From Octopus bimaculoides (taxonomy: Eukaryota), in NCBI RefSeq assembly GCF_001194135.2, contig NC_068983.1, positions 100,095,998 to 100,159,997 on the forward strand: 64,000 nucleotides of DNA. The letters run 5' to 3'. Within the stretch, counting starts at the first letter, position 1, and every line of letters begins with the position of its first letter. Shown piece by piece: positions 1 through 12,940 of this stretch. The notes beneath the pieces are model-generated. The model ran no database searches. It was not told where the DNA came from and saw only the letters and a program-made list of their open reading frames with translations. Position numbers and translations under genes: made by a program.

Positions 1-64
1 GAAGATGTGAATGGACTAACATTCGTGATGACACCAAGAAGTAGAGTAATATAAATAATGAATT

Positions 65-282
65 AAGGCGGCGAGCTGGCAGAAACGTTAGCACGCCGGG
101 CGACACGCTTAGCGGTATTTCGTCTGTCTTTACGTTCTGAGTTCAAATCCTGCCGAGGTCGACTTTGCCTTTCATCCTTTCAGGGTCGATAAATTAAGTA
201 CCAGTTGCGTACTGGGGTCGATCTAATCGACTTAACCCCTCTCCCAAAATTTCGGCCCTTGTGCCTAAAGTAGAAAAGAATA
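65..282 (+). mobile_element. tRNA-derived SINE, family A (GGCGGCGAGCTGGCAGAA head)
   Basis: A-box-like head, GTTCAAATCC B box and central GCCTTTCATCCTTTC(A/G)GGGTCGATAAATTAAGTACCAG block; more than 10 copies in the window. Confidence 0.9.
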
Positions 283-298
283 TAGATAAAGAATTCAG

Positions 299-396
299 AA
301 GAGAGAGAGAGAGGGAGAGAGAGGGGTGAGAGAGAGAGAGAGACAGAGAGAGAGACAGAGAGAGAAAGAGAGAGAGAGAGAGACAGAGAGAGAGAC

Positions 397-429
<33 letters not shown>

Positions 430-458
430 ATGAGAGAGAGAGAATGAGAGAGAGAGGT
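299..458. repeat. (GA)n microsatellite
   Basis: Direct reading. Confidence 0.95.
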
Positions 459-1289
459 GAAAGAGACGTTGAGAAAATCGTTTCGCAACTAGATGGATCC
501 GTGTTCGATTCCACTACTCTGCATCTTGGCTCGTATCAACTACTATAGTTTATGAATGGGATTCGAAAGACAGATACTGTGATACTGTGCAGACACCTGT
601 CGTGCATATATGTGTGCGATATATGTGTGTATGTATGTATATATATGCTTGTGTATGTGCGTGTGTGAGTGTTTATGTTTAAAATTCGGTGTTGTTTATG
701 TTATGCCCCTTTATACACCCACAAAACTGTTTGCCTCGGTATGTCTTCGGTAGACTTAACAATGAAACTAACATTAATAGAAACGCGTGGCCATCACGTC
801 ACATCCCATTTTGAAGGTCATGTTTCTGCAATTCGAGAGCAGGAGATATCTACAAAGTACCTGATTCACAAAAGCCCTTGGATCTCTAAGATGCAACTGC
901 AAAGGCCGAGTTTGCTACATTTCTGTAGAAGATATAAAACGTGTGATCAGCAGTGCTCAACAATTTCATTAAGGTTCTACCCTCTAAAGCATTGTTACAA
1001 AACAGTATAGAATGCTATCCGTAAGAAAGATTGTCATTTGATAAATAAAGAAAACATTCCTAATTTTTAGTATATATATATATATATATATATGTTTCAA
1101 TAAGAAATATTGATTGGTGAAACAGTCCTATCTGCCATGCAAACATTGTAGAAAAGAAAAGTGATATACAATTATAGAAGTTAGACACTTTACCGATGTG
1201 AATACTTCTTTAAAAATCAGTGAGAAATAAACAACTGCTTTGAAACTTATCGTTTCTGTACCAATATTATAAATACCCGTTTGAATCTA

Positions 1290-1560
1290 TATTTATTGGT
1301 GTCCTTCATTGTACATCTCTCCTCGTTTATCACGAGGGTTTGGTTAAAAAAAACAACAGCGATAACTGAATCAGTGATAGATGAATCATTACTACGCACT
1401 TTATAAATAGAAAGAATGGTAGATTCGCTGACATCAAACCCGCGACCTACAGCAGCAGCGAAACTTCTACCGTCACGTATTTTCTTGATAATCTCAAGCT
1501 TTTCTTGATGAGAGTACATTCATCTGCTTTGTTTGATAGGATCAGACGCCTTCGTGTTTT
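1290..1560 (-). mobile_element. pogo/Tigger-like transposase relic (N-terminal HTH_psq/CENP-B-type domain)
   Basis: Translation EKLEIIKKIRDGRSFAAAVGRGFDVSESTILSIYK resembles the Tigger N-terminus; the frame decays afterwards. Confidence 0.6.
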
Positions 1561-1813
1561 TTTTTTGNNNNNNNNNNNNNNNNNNNNNNNNNNNNNNNNN
1601 NNNNNNNNNNNNNNNNNNNNNNNNNNNNNNNNNNNNNNNNNNNNNNNNNNNNNNNNNNNNNNNNNNNNNNNNNNNNNNNNNNNNNNNNGGGGGGGGGGTT
1701 TGCTGTCATGTTGACCATTTACAAGTACGTAAATCCGTATAAAAGAGAAGTTAAATAAATTTCAAAGAGAAACACACACACACACACACACACACATACA
1801 TACATACATACAT

Positions 1814-2203
1814 TTGTTGTTGTTGTTGGCACTCCGTCGCTTACGACGTCGAGGGTTCCAGTTGATCCGATCAACGGAACAGCCTGCTCGTGAAATTAAC
1901 GTACAAGTGGCTGAGCACTCCACAGACACGTGTACCCTTAACGTAGTTCTCGGGGATATTCAGCATGACACAGTGTGACAGGGATGACCCTTTGAATTAC
2001 AGGTACAACAGAAACAGGAAGAAAGAGTGAGAGAAAGTTGTGGTGAAAGAGTACAGCAGGGTTCGCCACCATCCCCTGCCGGAGCCTTGTGGAGTTTTAG
2101 GTGTTTTCGCTCAATAAACACTCACAACGCCCGGTCTGGGAATCGAAACCGCAATCCTATGACCGCGAATCCGCTGCCCTAACCACTGGGCCATTGCGTC
2201 TCC
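1814..2203 (-). mobile_element. tRNA-derived SINE, family C, (CAA)n tail
   Basis: Reverse complement of the copy at 10058-10434; GGAGACGCAATGGCCCAGTGGTTAGG head. Confidence 0.9.
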
Positions 2204-3043
2204 ACATACATACATACATACATACATACATACAGTTTAAAATTTAAATATAAATGTGCATGTCTAGACATGCAGCTATATGCATGAGAATACATACATA
2301 AAACAAAGCATACGAATCTTCACATGCAGTGACTCCAGATACTGCACATATACACACATACATGCAAAAAATACCCTGTTGATGTTCAAATCCCAATGAA
2401 CGAGCCTTGGGTCAAGATTAAAAACCGGCTCTTTCTCTATTGGCAAGAAATCTTGAAATAAAACTGAATAATGACATACATACATACTTACATACATATA
2501 TACATACATACATACATACATACATACATACATACATACATACATACATACATACATACATACATACATGTGTGTGAATAACCTAAAAGTTACATTATAT
2601 GTAATTGTTATGCTTCATGCAATATTAATTTAAGAAAACTCGCCACAACACTTTAGGTACTAGATCTAATTTGAGCTTGTCCATTGAGGTTGTCGAAGAA
2701 ATATAGATTTCCAAACAACTGTGAGAACAATTCAGAGTTAACTTCTCGGGTATTACGTTACATACATCAACACGCAATCAGCAGCTGAATATTATGATGT
2801 CAGGCAAGAAACTGCTCTCGAAAGACTGCTTGCTTTATTATTAGATGAATGTAGTTGAGAGAAATTTTGTTTGTCTCCAATTCCACAGACTGTGGTAGCG
2901 ACCTCCTTAGAAAATTAGAATATGAAGGGAAATAGAAAAAATAAAAATAAAAATAAAAATAAAGAAATGATAAATTAAAGAAATGGAGAAAGGGACAGAG
3001 AAAGAAAGAGCGTGAGTGAGAGAGAGTGGGAAGATAGAAAGAG

Positions 3044-3093
<50 letters not shown>

Positions 3094-3302
3094 AACGCCT
3101 TTACGTAATTGGTNNNNNNNNNNAACATGTGTTGGCAGATGATCACTTTTTTTTTTACAATAAGACTTTCGGCTTTTCTTCACCGAGAGAAAATGGTGCC
3201 GTAACTAATTTAACTAATTTTCAAGTATTTTCAGATTATTTCACTCTTATTAGTTTATTAATTTTACATTAAATGTAAAAATAAAAATGTATAGTTGCAA
3301 TC

Positions 3303-3348
<46 letters not shown>

Positions 3349-3679
3349 CAACAACAAATAAATTTTAAAAAATAACATCAGGAGTCTATTACTTTTGCTA
3401 ACGCTATTTCCTCTTATACGAGTATTTGTACACATTTATGAGCTAAAAAAGAAATAATGATAAATTAAAAGATTAAAAAAGCAGAAAAATAAGGTTCCTA
3501 TCAACAGACTGAAGAATGTGAAGAAAAACAGCAAATCAAAGCAAATACACGTAAAAGTTTAAAAAATATAACAGTTATAAGTGCACAGTTTTGAAATGTG
3601 AAACTAATGGGGAAAGTAAATAGTCCGCATATACTTCATACATGCGCAGAAGTAAATAATCTAACGAGGAACCTTATAT

Positions 3680-3840
3680 GTGATGGTAGCTTGATCTGCT
3701 AGACATTGCAATCAAATTTCCCTCAAACACTTTAAGGTTTGAAGGACACTTTGGATAAGATGGTCCTAGATAGGCAATGTTTGAATAAAAAACAGAACGG
3801 TCTTTTGGTGAGACTGACTTGGGGCTAAACAACGACAAGA
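3680..3840 (+). mobile_element. Old abundant SINE-like repeat, family E (ends GGGGCTAAACAACAACAA)
   Basis: The same tail recurs near 10860-10930, 13190-13270, 13560-13735, 15960-16120, 22230-22275 and 31200-31275, and on the minus strand near 19400-19540, 20215-20280, 25540-25740 and 57410-57500. Confidence 0.65.
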
Positions 3841-3891
3841 ACACGAAAGTAAAACTGTAATTACTTTCTCAAATAAATATAATCAATTATA

Positions 3892-4299
3892 GGCGTAGGA
3901 GTGGCTGTGTGGTAAGTAGCTACCTTACCAACCACATGGTCCCGGGTTCAGTCCCACTGCGTGGCACCTTGGGCAAGTGTCTTCTACTATATAGCCTCGG
4001 GCCGACCAAAGCCTTGTGAGTGGATTTGGTGGACGGAAACTGAAAGAAGCCCATCGTATATATGTATATATCTATATATGTATGTGTGTATGTGTTTGTG
4101 TGTGTCTGTGTTTGTTCCCCCAACATCGCTTGACAACCGATGCTGGTATGTTTATGTCCCCGTAACTTAGCGGTTCGGGAAAAGAGACCGATAGAATAAG
4201 TACTAGGCTTACAAAGAATAAGTCCTAGGGTCGATTTGCTCGACTAAAGGCGGTACTCCAGCATGGCCACAGTCAAATGACTGAAACAAGTAAAGAGAG
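3892..4299 (+). mobile_element. tRNA-derived SINE, family B (GGCGTAGGAGTGGCTGTGTGG head, internal TA/TG microsatellite, AAGTAAAAGAG tail)
   Basis: Near-identical copies at 22327, 27097 and 58977. Confidence 0.9.
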
Positions 4300-5707
4300 N
4301 NNNNNNNNNNNNNNNNNNNNNNNNNNNNNNNNNNNNNNNNNNNNNNNNNNNNNNNNNNNNNNNNNNNNNNNNNNNNNNNNNNNNNNNNNNNNNNNNNNNN
4401 NNNNNNNNNNNNNNNNNNNNNNNNNNNNNNNNNNNNNNNNNNNNNNNNNNNNNNNNNNNNNNNNNNNNNNNNNNNNNNNNNNNNNNNNNNNNNNNNNNNN
4501 NNNNNNNNNNNNNNNNNNNNNNNNNNNNNNNNNNNNNNNNNNNNNNNNNNNNNNNNNNNNNNNNNNNNNNNNNNNNNNNNNNNNNNNNNNNNNNNNNNNN
4601 NNNNNNNNNNNNNNNNNNNNNNNNNNNNNNNNNNNNNNNNNNNNNNNNNNNNNNNNNNNNNNNNNNNNNNNNNNNNNNNNNNNNNNNNNNNNNNNNNNNN
4701 NNNNNNNNNNNNNNNNNNNNNNNNNNNNNNNNNNNNNNNNNNNNNNNNNNNNNNNNNNNNNNNNNNNNNNNNNNNNNNNNNNNNNNNNNNNNNNNNNNNN
4801 NNNNNNNNNNNNNNNNNNNNNNNNNNNNNNNNNNNNNNNNNNNNNNNNNNNNNNNNNNNNNNNNNNNNNNNNNNNNNNNNNNNNNNNNNNNNNNNNNNNN
4901 NNNNNNNNNNNNNNNNNNNNNNNNNNNNNNNNNNNNNNNNNNNNNNNNNNNNNNNNNNNNNNNNNNNNNNNNNNNNNNNNNNNNNNNNNNNNNNNNNNNN
5001 NNNNNNNNNNNNNNNNNNNNNNNNNNNNNNNNNNNNNNNNNNNNNNNNNNNNNNNNNNNNNNNNNNNNNNNNNNNNNNNNNNNNNNNNNNNNNNNNNNNN
5101 NNNNNNNNNNNNNNNNNNNNNNNNNNNNNNNNNNNNNNNNNNNNNNNNNNNNNNNNNNNNNNNNNNNNNNNNNNNNNNNNNNNNNNNNNNNNNNNNNNNN
5201 NNNNNNNNNNNNNNNNNNNNNNNNNNNNNNNNNNNNNNNNNNNATATATATGTAAATATGTAATTCAAGATATAAACAATAATGAACCATAAAATAAATG
5301 TTTATCAATCAAAATGAAACAAAACTAACAGTAAGATGGAAAATAATGTTTCCGTTGTATACTTCCACTTTATTTATATTTGAAAAGTTTTCTCCTACTT
5401 AGATCAGATTCTCACTATGACACACTTCAAAATTATATTTCAGATCATATAAACCACTTTGAATATTATTTTAGGAAGTTTAAAGTGATTTCTTTTGTGC
5501 CGTAAACTATTTACTATTCCTGTGATGCACCCTACTCCCTTGGTTCTCTAAGCACATGCTTACTTTGCTTAATGGTTAATTATGCGCTTGTCACGCACGC
5601 TTGAGAACTGGTGTTTGTTTATGTCATTGTAGCTTAGCGGTTCGGTAAACGAGGCCAACAGAATAAATACCAGTCTATCAAGCTTAAAAAAATTAGAAAC
5701 TGAGATC

Positions 5708-6173
5708 TAGCGCCACCTTAAAACATGGGCAAACTAAGCAGTTTCCCAGTGGCCCAATTCTAATCTATATATAAGCCTAGGAGCCCAATTCTAATCTATG
5801 TATGCTGTGTCTTGTCAGTAAATAAATACTATAGGGCCCAGTGCATTGATTTGCTCAGGGACCTATAATGCTGCTAAGAGGCGCACTGAGCAGTTGTCCA
5901 GGGTGCCCAAAAGTCTAGGGGACCTATTCCAGTCTATCTATGCTGTGACTGGTTGTCAGTAAATAAATACTATAGGGCCCAGTGCATTGATTTGCTCAGG
6001 GACCTATAATGCTGCTAAGAGGCGCACTGAGCAGTTGTCCAGGGTGCCCAAAAGTCTAGGGGACCTATTCCAGTCTATCTATGCTGTGACTGGTTGTCAG
6101 TAAATAAATACTACAGGGCCCAGTGCATTGATTTGCTTGGGGGGGGAGCTATAATGTTGCTAAGAAGATCCTG
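5708..6173. mobile_element. hAT-type MITE with internal 141-bp tandem repeat, inserted in a family B SINE tail
   Basis: 8-bp flanks CTGAGATC (5700-5707) and CTGGGATC (6174-6181); unit AATAAATAC recurs at 5821, 5962 and 6103; the SINE tail (from ~5605) resumes after 6174. Confidence 0.7.
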
Positions 6174-6254
6174 CTGGGATCAATCTCTTCGACTAACACC
6201 ACAAGGCAGTGCTTCAGTATGGACGCACTTTCCAAGTTAAAAGCTAAAGATTCT

Positions 6255-6495
6255 TCCTGAGTCGTATAGACTCATAGGGCCGGTTTCCCAGGTTCCGTAA
6301 CGGATCTATTCTCCACCTGGATGGGATGCCGGTCTGTCACAGGATTACTCGTTTTTTTACCAGCTGAATGAACTGGAGCAACATGAAATGAAGTGTTCTG
6401 CTCAGGAACATAAGGCGTCACCTGCTCCAGGAAACGAAACCACAATCTTACAGTCATGAGTCTCACACCCTAACTACCAAGCCACGCACCTCCAC
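6255..6495 (-). mobile_element. tRNA-derived SINE, family D
   Basis: Reverse complement has GCGTGGCTTGGTAGTTAGGG head and GTTTCGTTTCC B-box region; related to 55482-55786. Confidence 0.8.
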
Positions 6496-6871
6496 ATGGT
6501 TGCTGTCCAATGGTTAAAGTAAGTAAAAGAGTAAAAAGGCAATAGCTAATTAACGTTAATTCAAAAGTAAATCTGCTTCAGTTTAAGCGCATGGCTTTAT
6601 GAATATATCATTGGACGTCACCACAAACAGTTATGAGTTGAAGTAGGAATTGTATACATCAGATATGCACAAAAATATCCTTTACACTGGAGATAAATAC
6701 CGCCTCCATCAACCAAAATAAATAAATATGGGTAAACATTATCAATATCACATATTTAATGTATGCGTGTTGTTAAACGCTTGTAGCTGTAGTATTTCGT
6801 CTGAGAAGGTATCCTTAAAGACGTATAGTGTTAAAAAACACTTAAAGAAATCGCCCTGGAAATGGAAAAGA

Positions 6872-6918
6872 ACGACAGATATCGATATTTCATACTTTTT
6901 TCTGTTCATCAGTGTCAT
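6872..6918 (-). ncRNA. Minimal type I hammerhead ribozyme-like motif
   Basis: Minus strand AUGACA-CUGAUGA-ACAGAAAAAAGUAU-GAAA-UAUCGAUA-UC-UGUCGU: intact core, 6-bp stem I, palindromic stem III, weak stem II. Confidence 0.45.
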
Positions 6919-7566
6919 ATACTTGACCCACCTCCAAAACGAATCCGCAACAGCTAGCTAGAATATACGAATAGCGTAAAATCTATTTGCTGATGTGAAA
7001 AAGCGCTGCACAAGCGCAACAAAATCCAAATTTTGTGTTAGAAGCAGCTCATTTTTTATTTATTTTTTTTGCCGTCTTATATATTTAAAATAAATCATAA
7101 CCGTCACTCGCAAGCAAGTATGACTTTGTAATATGTAATTGTAATTGTTATAGTTGCCTCTCTTGTCGCGGACAGATATAGGCACTCACCCGGCCCTCCC
7201 ACTCATGAACCAACAGGACATCGACGATCTGACAGCTAGAGCGAGAGAAAGGGCTTCACCAGCATTCAGTTGGTACCCATCTCTGGCTGAGTAGAGTGGA
7301 GCAACGAGAAATGGAATCATTTACTCAAGGACACAATGCACGCCGGTTTGGTATGTCGAGATTTTTACGGCAGGAATACCTTTGAACATGGATCTTCCCG
7401 ATGAAGGCTGATGTGGGGTTAAACAAAATAAAAAAATGCCAATGGAGCACAATTACCAGTGTGGTACCTTTGATATCATCACAAACGTAATCAAACAAAA
7501 CGATAAAAGCGTTTGACCACTTTGATGGCGAAACAATAACCTAATCTTCATATTATAAGAAATTCT

Positions 7567-7888
7567 AAGAGACGAATTGGAAGAATCGTTAGCACACCGG
7601 ACAAAATGCTTAGCAGCATTTCGTCCATCTTTACTTCTGAGTTCAACTTTGCCTTTTATCCTTTCGTGGTCGATGAAATAGGTACCAGTTGAGTACAGAG
7701 GTTAATTTTATCGACTATCTCCCTCCCCAAAAGTTCAGGCTTTGAGTTTCTACTAGAAAGGATTATGAGAAGTTCTAAGCGGCGGGCTGGCAGAATCGTC
7801 ACCGCACCGGACAAAATGCTTAGCGGTATTTCTTTTGGCTTTATATTCTGAGTTCATGTCGCCGAGGTCGACTTTGTCTTTCATCCTT
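7567..7888 (+). mobile_element. Two tandem family A SINEs (7567-7766; 7777-7888, running into a gap)
   Basis: Two successive heads and B boxes. Confidence 0.8.
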
Positions 7889-8399
7889 NNNNNNNNNNNN
7901 NNNNNNNNNNNNNNNNNNNNNNNNNNNNNNNNNNNNNNNNNNNNNNNNNNNNNNNNNNNNNNNNNNNNNNNNNNNNNNNNNNNNNNNNNNNNNNNNNNNN
8001 NNNNNNNNNNNNNNNNNNNNNNNNNNNNNNNNNNNNNNNNNNNNNNNNNNNNNNNNNNNNNNNNNNNNNNNNNNNNNNNNNNNNNNNNNNNNNNNNNNNN
8101 NNNNNNNNNNNNNNNNNNNNNNNNNNNNNNNNNNNNNNNNNNNNNNNNNNNNNNNNNNNNNNNNNNNNNNNNNNNNNNNNNNNNNNNNNNNNNNNNNNNN
8201 NNNNNNNNNNNNNNNNNNNNNNNNNNNNNNNNNNNNNNNNNNNNNNNNNNNNNNNNNNNNNNNNNNNNNNNNNNNNNNNNNNNNNNNNNNNNNNNNNNNN
8301 NNNNNNNNNNNNNNNNNNNNNNNNNNNNNNNNNNNNNNNNNNNNNNNNNNNNNNNNNNNNNNNNNNNNNNNNNNNNNNNNNNNNNNNNNNNNNNNNNNN

Positions 8400-8469
<70 letters not shown>

Positions 8470-8742
8470 CTTTTATATCAAACATATGACCTCTTTCGGT
8501 TCTTTTATCTAAAGAGAGCAATAAATGTCTTCTCGAATAAAACTCGTATAAAATTCCATAGTAGTCCTCTTTACCAAAATATAAATGCCTTCGTGAAACG
8601 TATCTGAGAAAACAATTATAGAACCATAAACCATCTTTCCTAGTTTTCAGTCGTATCGGTCACCAGAGAATATTTCTTGGGAAACGGCGTGCCATATTTC
8701 CTGATTTTTAAACTGCTCCAAATGAAATGCTATTCCCAAATT

Positions 8743-8743
<1 letters not shown>

Positions 8744-8799
<56 letters not shown>

Positions 8800-9021
8800 T
8801 TGTCTATCTGTCTGTCTATTTGTCTATCTGTCCGTCCGTCCGTCCATCCACCCACCTATCCATCCATCCATCCATCCATCCATCCATCCATCCATCCATC
8901 CATCTATGTGTGTGTGTGTGTGGGTATGTATATATGTTCGTATACATGTATGTATGTATGTATGTATGTATGTATGTATGTATGTATGTAGGTAGGTATA
9001 TATATATATATATATATATAT
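8744..9021. repeat. Compound microsatellite (TATC)(TGTC)(CATC)(TG)(TATG)(TA)
   Basis: Direct reading. Confidence 0.95.
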
Positions 9022-9509
9022 CAAATCGATGTGTTATAAAACTATTCCGCGCATACAATAACAGTCATACCAAAGATCCAACATACTCCCATCATCAACT
9101 GCCCCACGGATGTTACTGTGGTTTCGACACCTGGGAAGTACCATTCAATCCAGCGGTGTCAACAACACATATAGCTATTAATAATAACATGTACATATTG
9201 GCTTGGGAAACCTTTTTGGATAGAAAAGCCCTGTCACGTCTACAGGAGTTGTGGGTTCCAGTCCCACAAGCAGCCTTCGACTTTTTCTACAGTTCTATAT
9301 GCCTCCGAGATCCACTGTTCCAATACATATATAAAGCAGGTCAGCCGGTTCGTCAAACACTTGAAAAGAATAAAATTAGAGCGATATATATATACACACA
9401 CACACACACACATCTATGTATGTATGTAAAGCAGGTCAGCCGGCTCGTCAAAAATTTAAAAGAATAATAGAATTAAATAAATTTAGATACACACGCACGC
9501 ACACACACG

Positions 9510-9549
<40 letters not shown>

Positions 9550-10057
9550 AGTTAAGTTAGATAAGATTCACATCCAGCACAGCAACCTCAGTTGTATGTA
9601 TTGAAGCTGTTTAACTTCAGATCGTTGGATTTCTCAATTACTTTCAATTCCATCTATTTTCTAAGTAACTCATGTCATGACACCGTCGTGCAGAAATAAA
9701 GGAATTTTTAATAGTTTCAGTAAACAGCTGTCTTAGTCAAAGTGAAAGTAACCTATTTGTCTAGTTAAATACAAGTACTTGAGATCCGGGGTAAAGTTTA
9801 CTGATAAACAGTCTTCAAAACTAAATATACACATCTGAACTATACAGATACACAAAGAGCTCGCGTGCGAAGGAGTACGAACGCAAATACATTTACACTT
9901 ATGGATAGTATACATAAATGTATGAGTAAACATGTATCACATACACACATAAACACGTTTATTTGCATACACGTAAGAACATGCATGCGAGAGTGTGCGC
10001 GCGCATGTGGGTGTGTAAATATAAACGCATATATACTAATACATATATTACGAATCG

Positions 10058-10434
10058 GGGGTGCAATGGCCCAGTGGTTAGGACAGCGGACTCGCGGTCA
10101 TAGGATCGCGGTATCGATTCCCAGACCGGACGTTGTGAGTGTTTATTGAGCGAAAACATCTAAAGCTCCACGAGGCTTCGGCAGGGGATGGTGGCGAACC
10201 CTGCTGTACTCTTTCACCACAACTTTCTCTCACTCTTACTTCCTGTTTCTGTTGTACCTGTAATTCAAAGGGTCAGCCTTGTCACACTGTGTCACGCTGA
10301 ATATCCCCGAGAACTACGTTAATGGTACACGTGTCTGTGGAGTGCTCAGCCACTTGCACGTTAATTTCACGAGCAGGCTGTTCCGTGAAACTGGAACCCT
10401 CGACGTCGTAAGCGACGGAGTGCCAACAACACAC
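10058..10434 (+). mobile_element. Family C SINE with 13-bp TSD
   Basis: ATATTACGAATCG at 10045-10057 and 10435-10447; tRNA-like head; CAACAAC tail. Confidence 0.92.
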
Positions 10435-11018
10435 ATATTACGAATCGTTTGTCTGAACGGACATAATCATAATCAAATCCCGCCTCTACACTAATATCTA
10501 TGAACTTCAGTGAAAACTTCATCTCACCCACTATCATCTATTAACAGAAACAAACCACAAATCTTATTCTTCCAGAAATACTTCACCCTGTCTCTCTAAA
10601 CCGTTTCTATTGACCAGGCTATCTGCCACATTCAAACTTTCTGAAAGATGTTATATGCGCTTACAGAAATACTATTTTTCATCCATCCATCTAAGCTTAT
10701 ACCAGCAACAAAGACTTCTAGTTGTTTGGGCTCAATGTTTCTTTTCCTCGTCTCTCTTAAGAGTATCTGTTGTCTCTGTCACTCTCTGAACTCCAAATCA
10801 TACTTCACTGTTTTAGAACGAAATGAAGCACTAGATAACGTAGTCCGAGAGGAATAAAATCAGACGGTAACAGCTCGAACATCTTTTGTTCATAAGTCTA
10901 CTCGATTTGGGCTGATCTGGAGCTAAACAGCTTCAATACATACAATTCCTTACAAGCATCTTACTCTTCACTCACCGACGTCACTAGCATAGAGGCTGAT
11001 GCATTCACTGTTCTTAAC

Positions 11019-11170
11019 TACGAAGAATGCTGAAAAGTTCCTGGCTTCAAGGGAATCGCGAAAGGCCCTGCTGGAGGCTCAACATTCCGAGTTCTTTAAC
11101 AGGGCTTAGAAAACTGAAGGACCGCTGCGATAAATGTGTGAACCTGAGGGGGGAATACGTTGAATAAAAC
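11019..11170 (+). mobile_element. Non-autonomous mariner derivative
   Basis: TA followed by mariner-type TIR (CGAAGAATGCTGAAAAGTTCCTGGC) and transposase-end-like KCVNLRGEYVE*. Confidence 0.6.
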
Positions 11171-11779
11171 CATAATTAACTGATGCTCCTGTATTTTCTC
11201 AGTATCCCTTCGTACTTCAATCAGTAAATACCTCAACTGCTTGTTTTCACGACAAACCAACTTTCTTTGTTATCACTAAATCTAATTTTATTCTTAACGA
11301 CCACCTGTCTGATTTCCGTAGCCAGATCTACTGGTTACATACTCTCCCCTTATAAACTATCAATGGAACCTTGCCTTGGTGAAATTTGGTGAAAGCAATG
11401 TTGTCGTACTCGACATAAATAAAACTTTCGGCTATGACTGATATGCGAATCTCCTATCAAAACCTCGTGCCTGTGAACTCCACTCGCCTCGTTTTTGGAT
11501 CGATAGTTTCCTTACATTATCGCTGTGTATCGACGGACCTCTTTCTGTTTTATATTCCATCAAATCTGACGTGCATCAGAGTCCAATTTTGTCCCAAACT
11601 CTCTCCTTTTTTTTATATATCAGTGACTTGCTGCCACGTCCAACGGGTGAGTAGAGAAGGCAGTGTAGAAGCTGTTAGCAGCAGACGAACATTTTGACCA
11701 GCAGAAAATGCCCCTTCCACAATAAACGAAAGAGCAAGCGTTCTGCTTAGATGCAGCCTGAAGCAAGGCTATATTATAG

Positions 11780-12160
11780 ATTCTGTAAGCGTGGCCACTG
11801 CTGCCCGATCTTTTCTGGAGCGCTTCTTCTCGGCACGTTCTTAGACAAAGCTGACCACTCTACTCATTCTAGTGCCTACCCACTTGCGGTTCTGGACAGA
11901 ATTAGGTCCAAGCATCTATATGGGTTCCTCAGCCCAGCGATAGGCCATAATCGGCATGGACTTCTCTCTCTGGATGTCGAGTTACAATAAAAGACTACAA
12001 GTTTGTCCAAGTTGGTGAGTACTCCTGTTACTTCATATTCTTTCAGTATAGTGCCGAACAGTCCGACAGCATAACAGTAACACCGTCCGTGTGTACAGAC
12101 TCAGCTTTCTTGTGTGTCAGTTCGGACGGAATGCCTCTCCACAATTCTAACATACGTAGT
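11780..12160 (-). mobile_element. L1/Tx1-like reverse transcriptase relic
   Basis: Degenerate translation TDGVTVMLSD...GVLTNLDKLV...PIAG resembles the YADD motif and downstream RT motifs; many stops. Confidence 0.4.
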
Positions 12161-12169
12161 CAGAAGTAG

Positions 12170-12940
12170 CTCAAATGCCAAAACGTGCATGAACAGTGGG
12201 AGGTTCGTCTTCGACACGGAGCACTGCCACAAAGACAATATAAATACATAAACATGGAGATAAATAATAAAATCAAACATTCTTCTTATGTCGTTTTTAC
12301 TTCAGTCTTGTATGTGTGTATTTATTAACTGCGAGCGTGAGAGATGGTTGCCATTTACCTTTCAACGGAAAGTTGCTAGCAAGCATTGACAACGGCACGC
12401 GATGGTAGTTGTATGGACATGTAAATAGATGGTCGATATGCGTCTGAATTAACAATGTAATACGGCAGGAAGAGAAAGATATCAAGTGTTTGACAGATAC
12501 TAGTAGCAGCTGTGTGTCATTTCTAAACTGACTTATCACTTACTTTGTAATATCACTTGTACAACTGAGAAGAGTGACGTCCGGAGATAAGCTAATGGAG
12601 CAGGCAGAATGGTAGTGATGGTATAGGCCGCGGCGGTAAGCCTGACAATTGGTATTAGCATTGCAGTAGTGGCGATGAGATAGGTGATAGGGTGACGGAA
12701 GCTTAATAGTAAAGGTAGCAGTGACTTTAAAGCAATAGAGGAGGTGGAGTTTCAGAAGTGATGGGTGTAAGGGTGATTGTGGTAATAAAGCGTTACTTGT
12801 GGGGGTTGAGGTGGTGGTATGAGAACATACTATTAAAAAAAGAAAAAAACAAACAAACAAACAAAAAAAACAGATAAAGAGCAGAGAAAGACAATGAAGC
12901 ATGTGTATAAAGCAATTATTCAAACACTGCACTCATATAC
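12170..12940 (-). mobile_element. Old LTR-like repeat, possibly related to the 42-53 kb solo LTR family
   Basis: Similar CACCAC-rich tract, GTTAATAAA and CCGTGTC..GACG 3' motif; no TSD found. Confidence 0.25.

Noticed and set aside
180-514. ORFs with SL/ER/HT/YI/VC repeats here and throughout the track
   Set aside because: They are translations of microsatellites and SINEs
4244-5308. Long ORFs of 300-550 aa (also 22418-24088, 7835-8521, 33039-33477, 52693-53401)
   Set aside because: They are open only because they span N gaps
5814-6140. CRISPR-like regular repeats
   Set aside because: The units are contiguous identical 141-mers with no unique spacers, in a eukaryotic context
8727-9467. 246-aa ORF
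   Set aside because: The first half is microsatellite, and the rest has no recognisable domain or splice support
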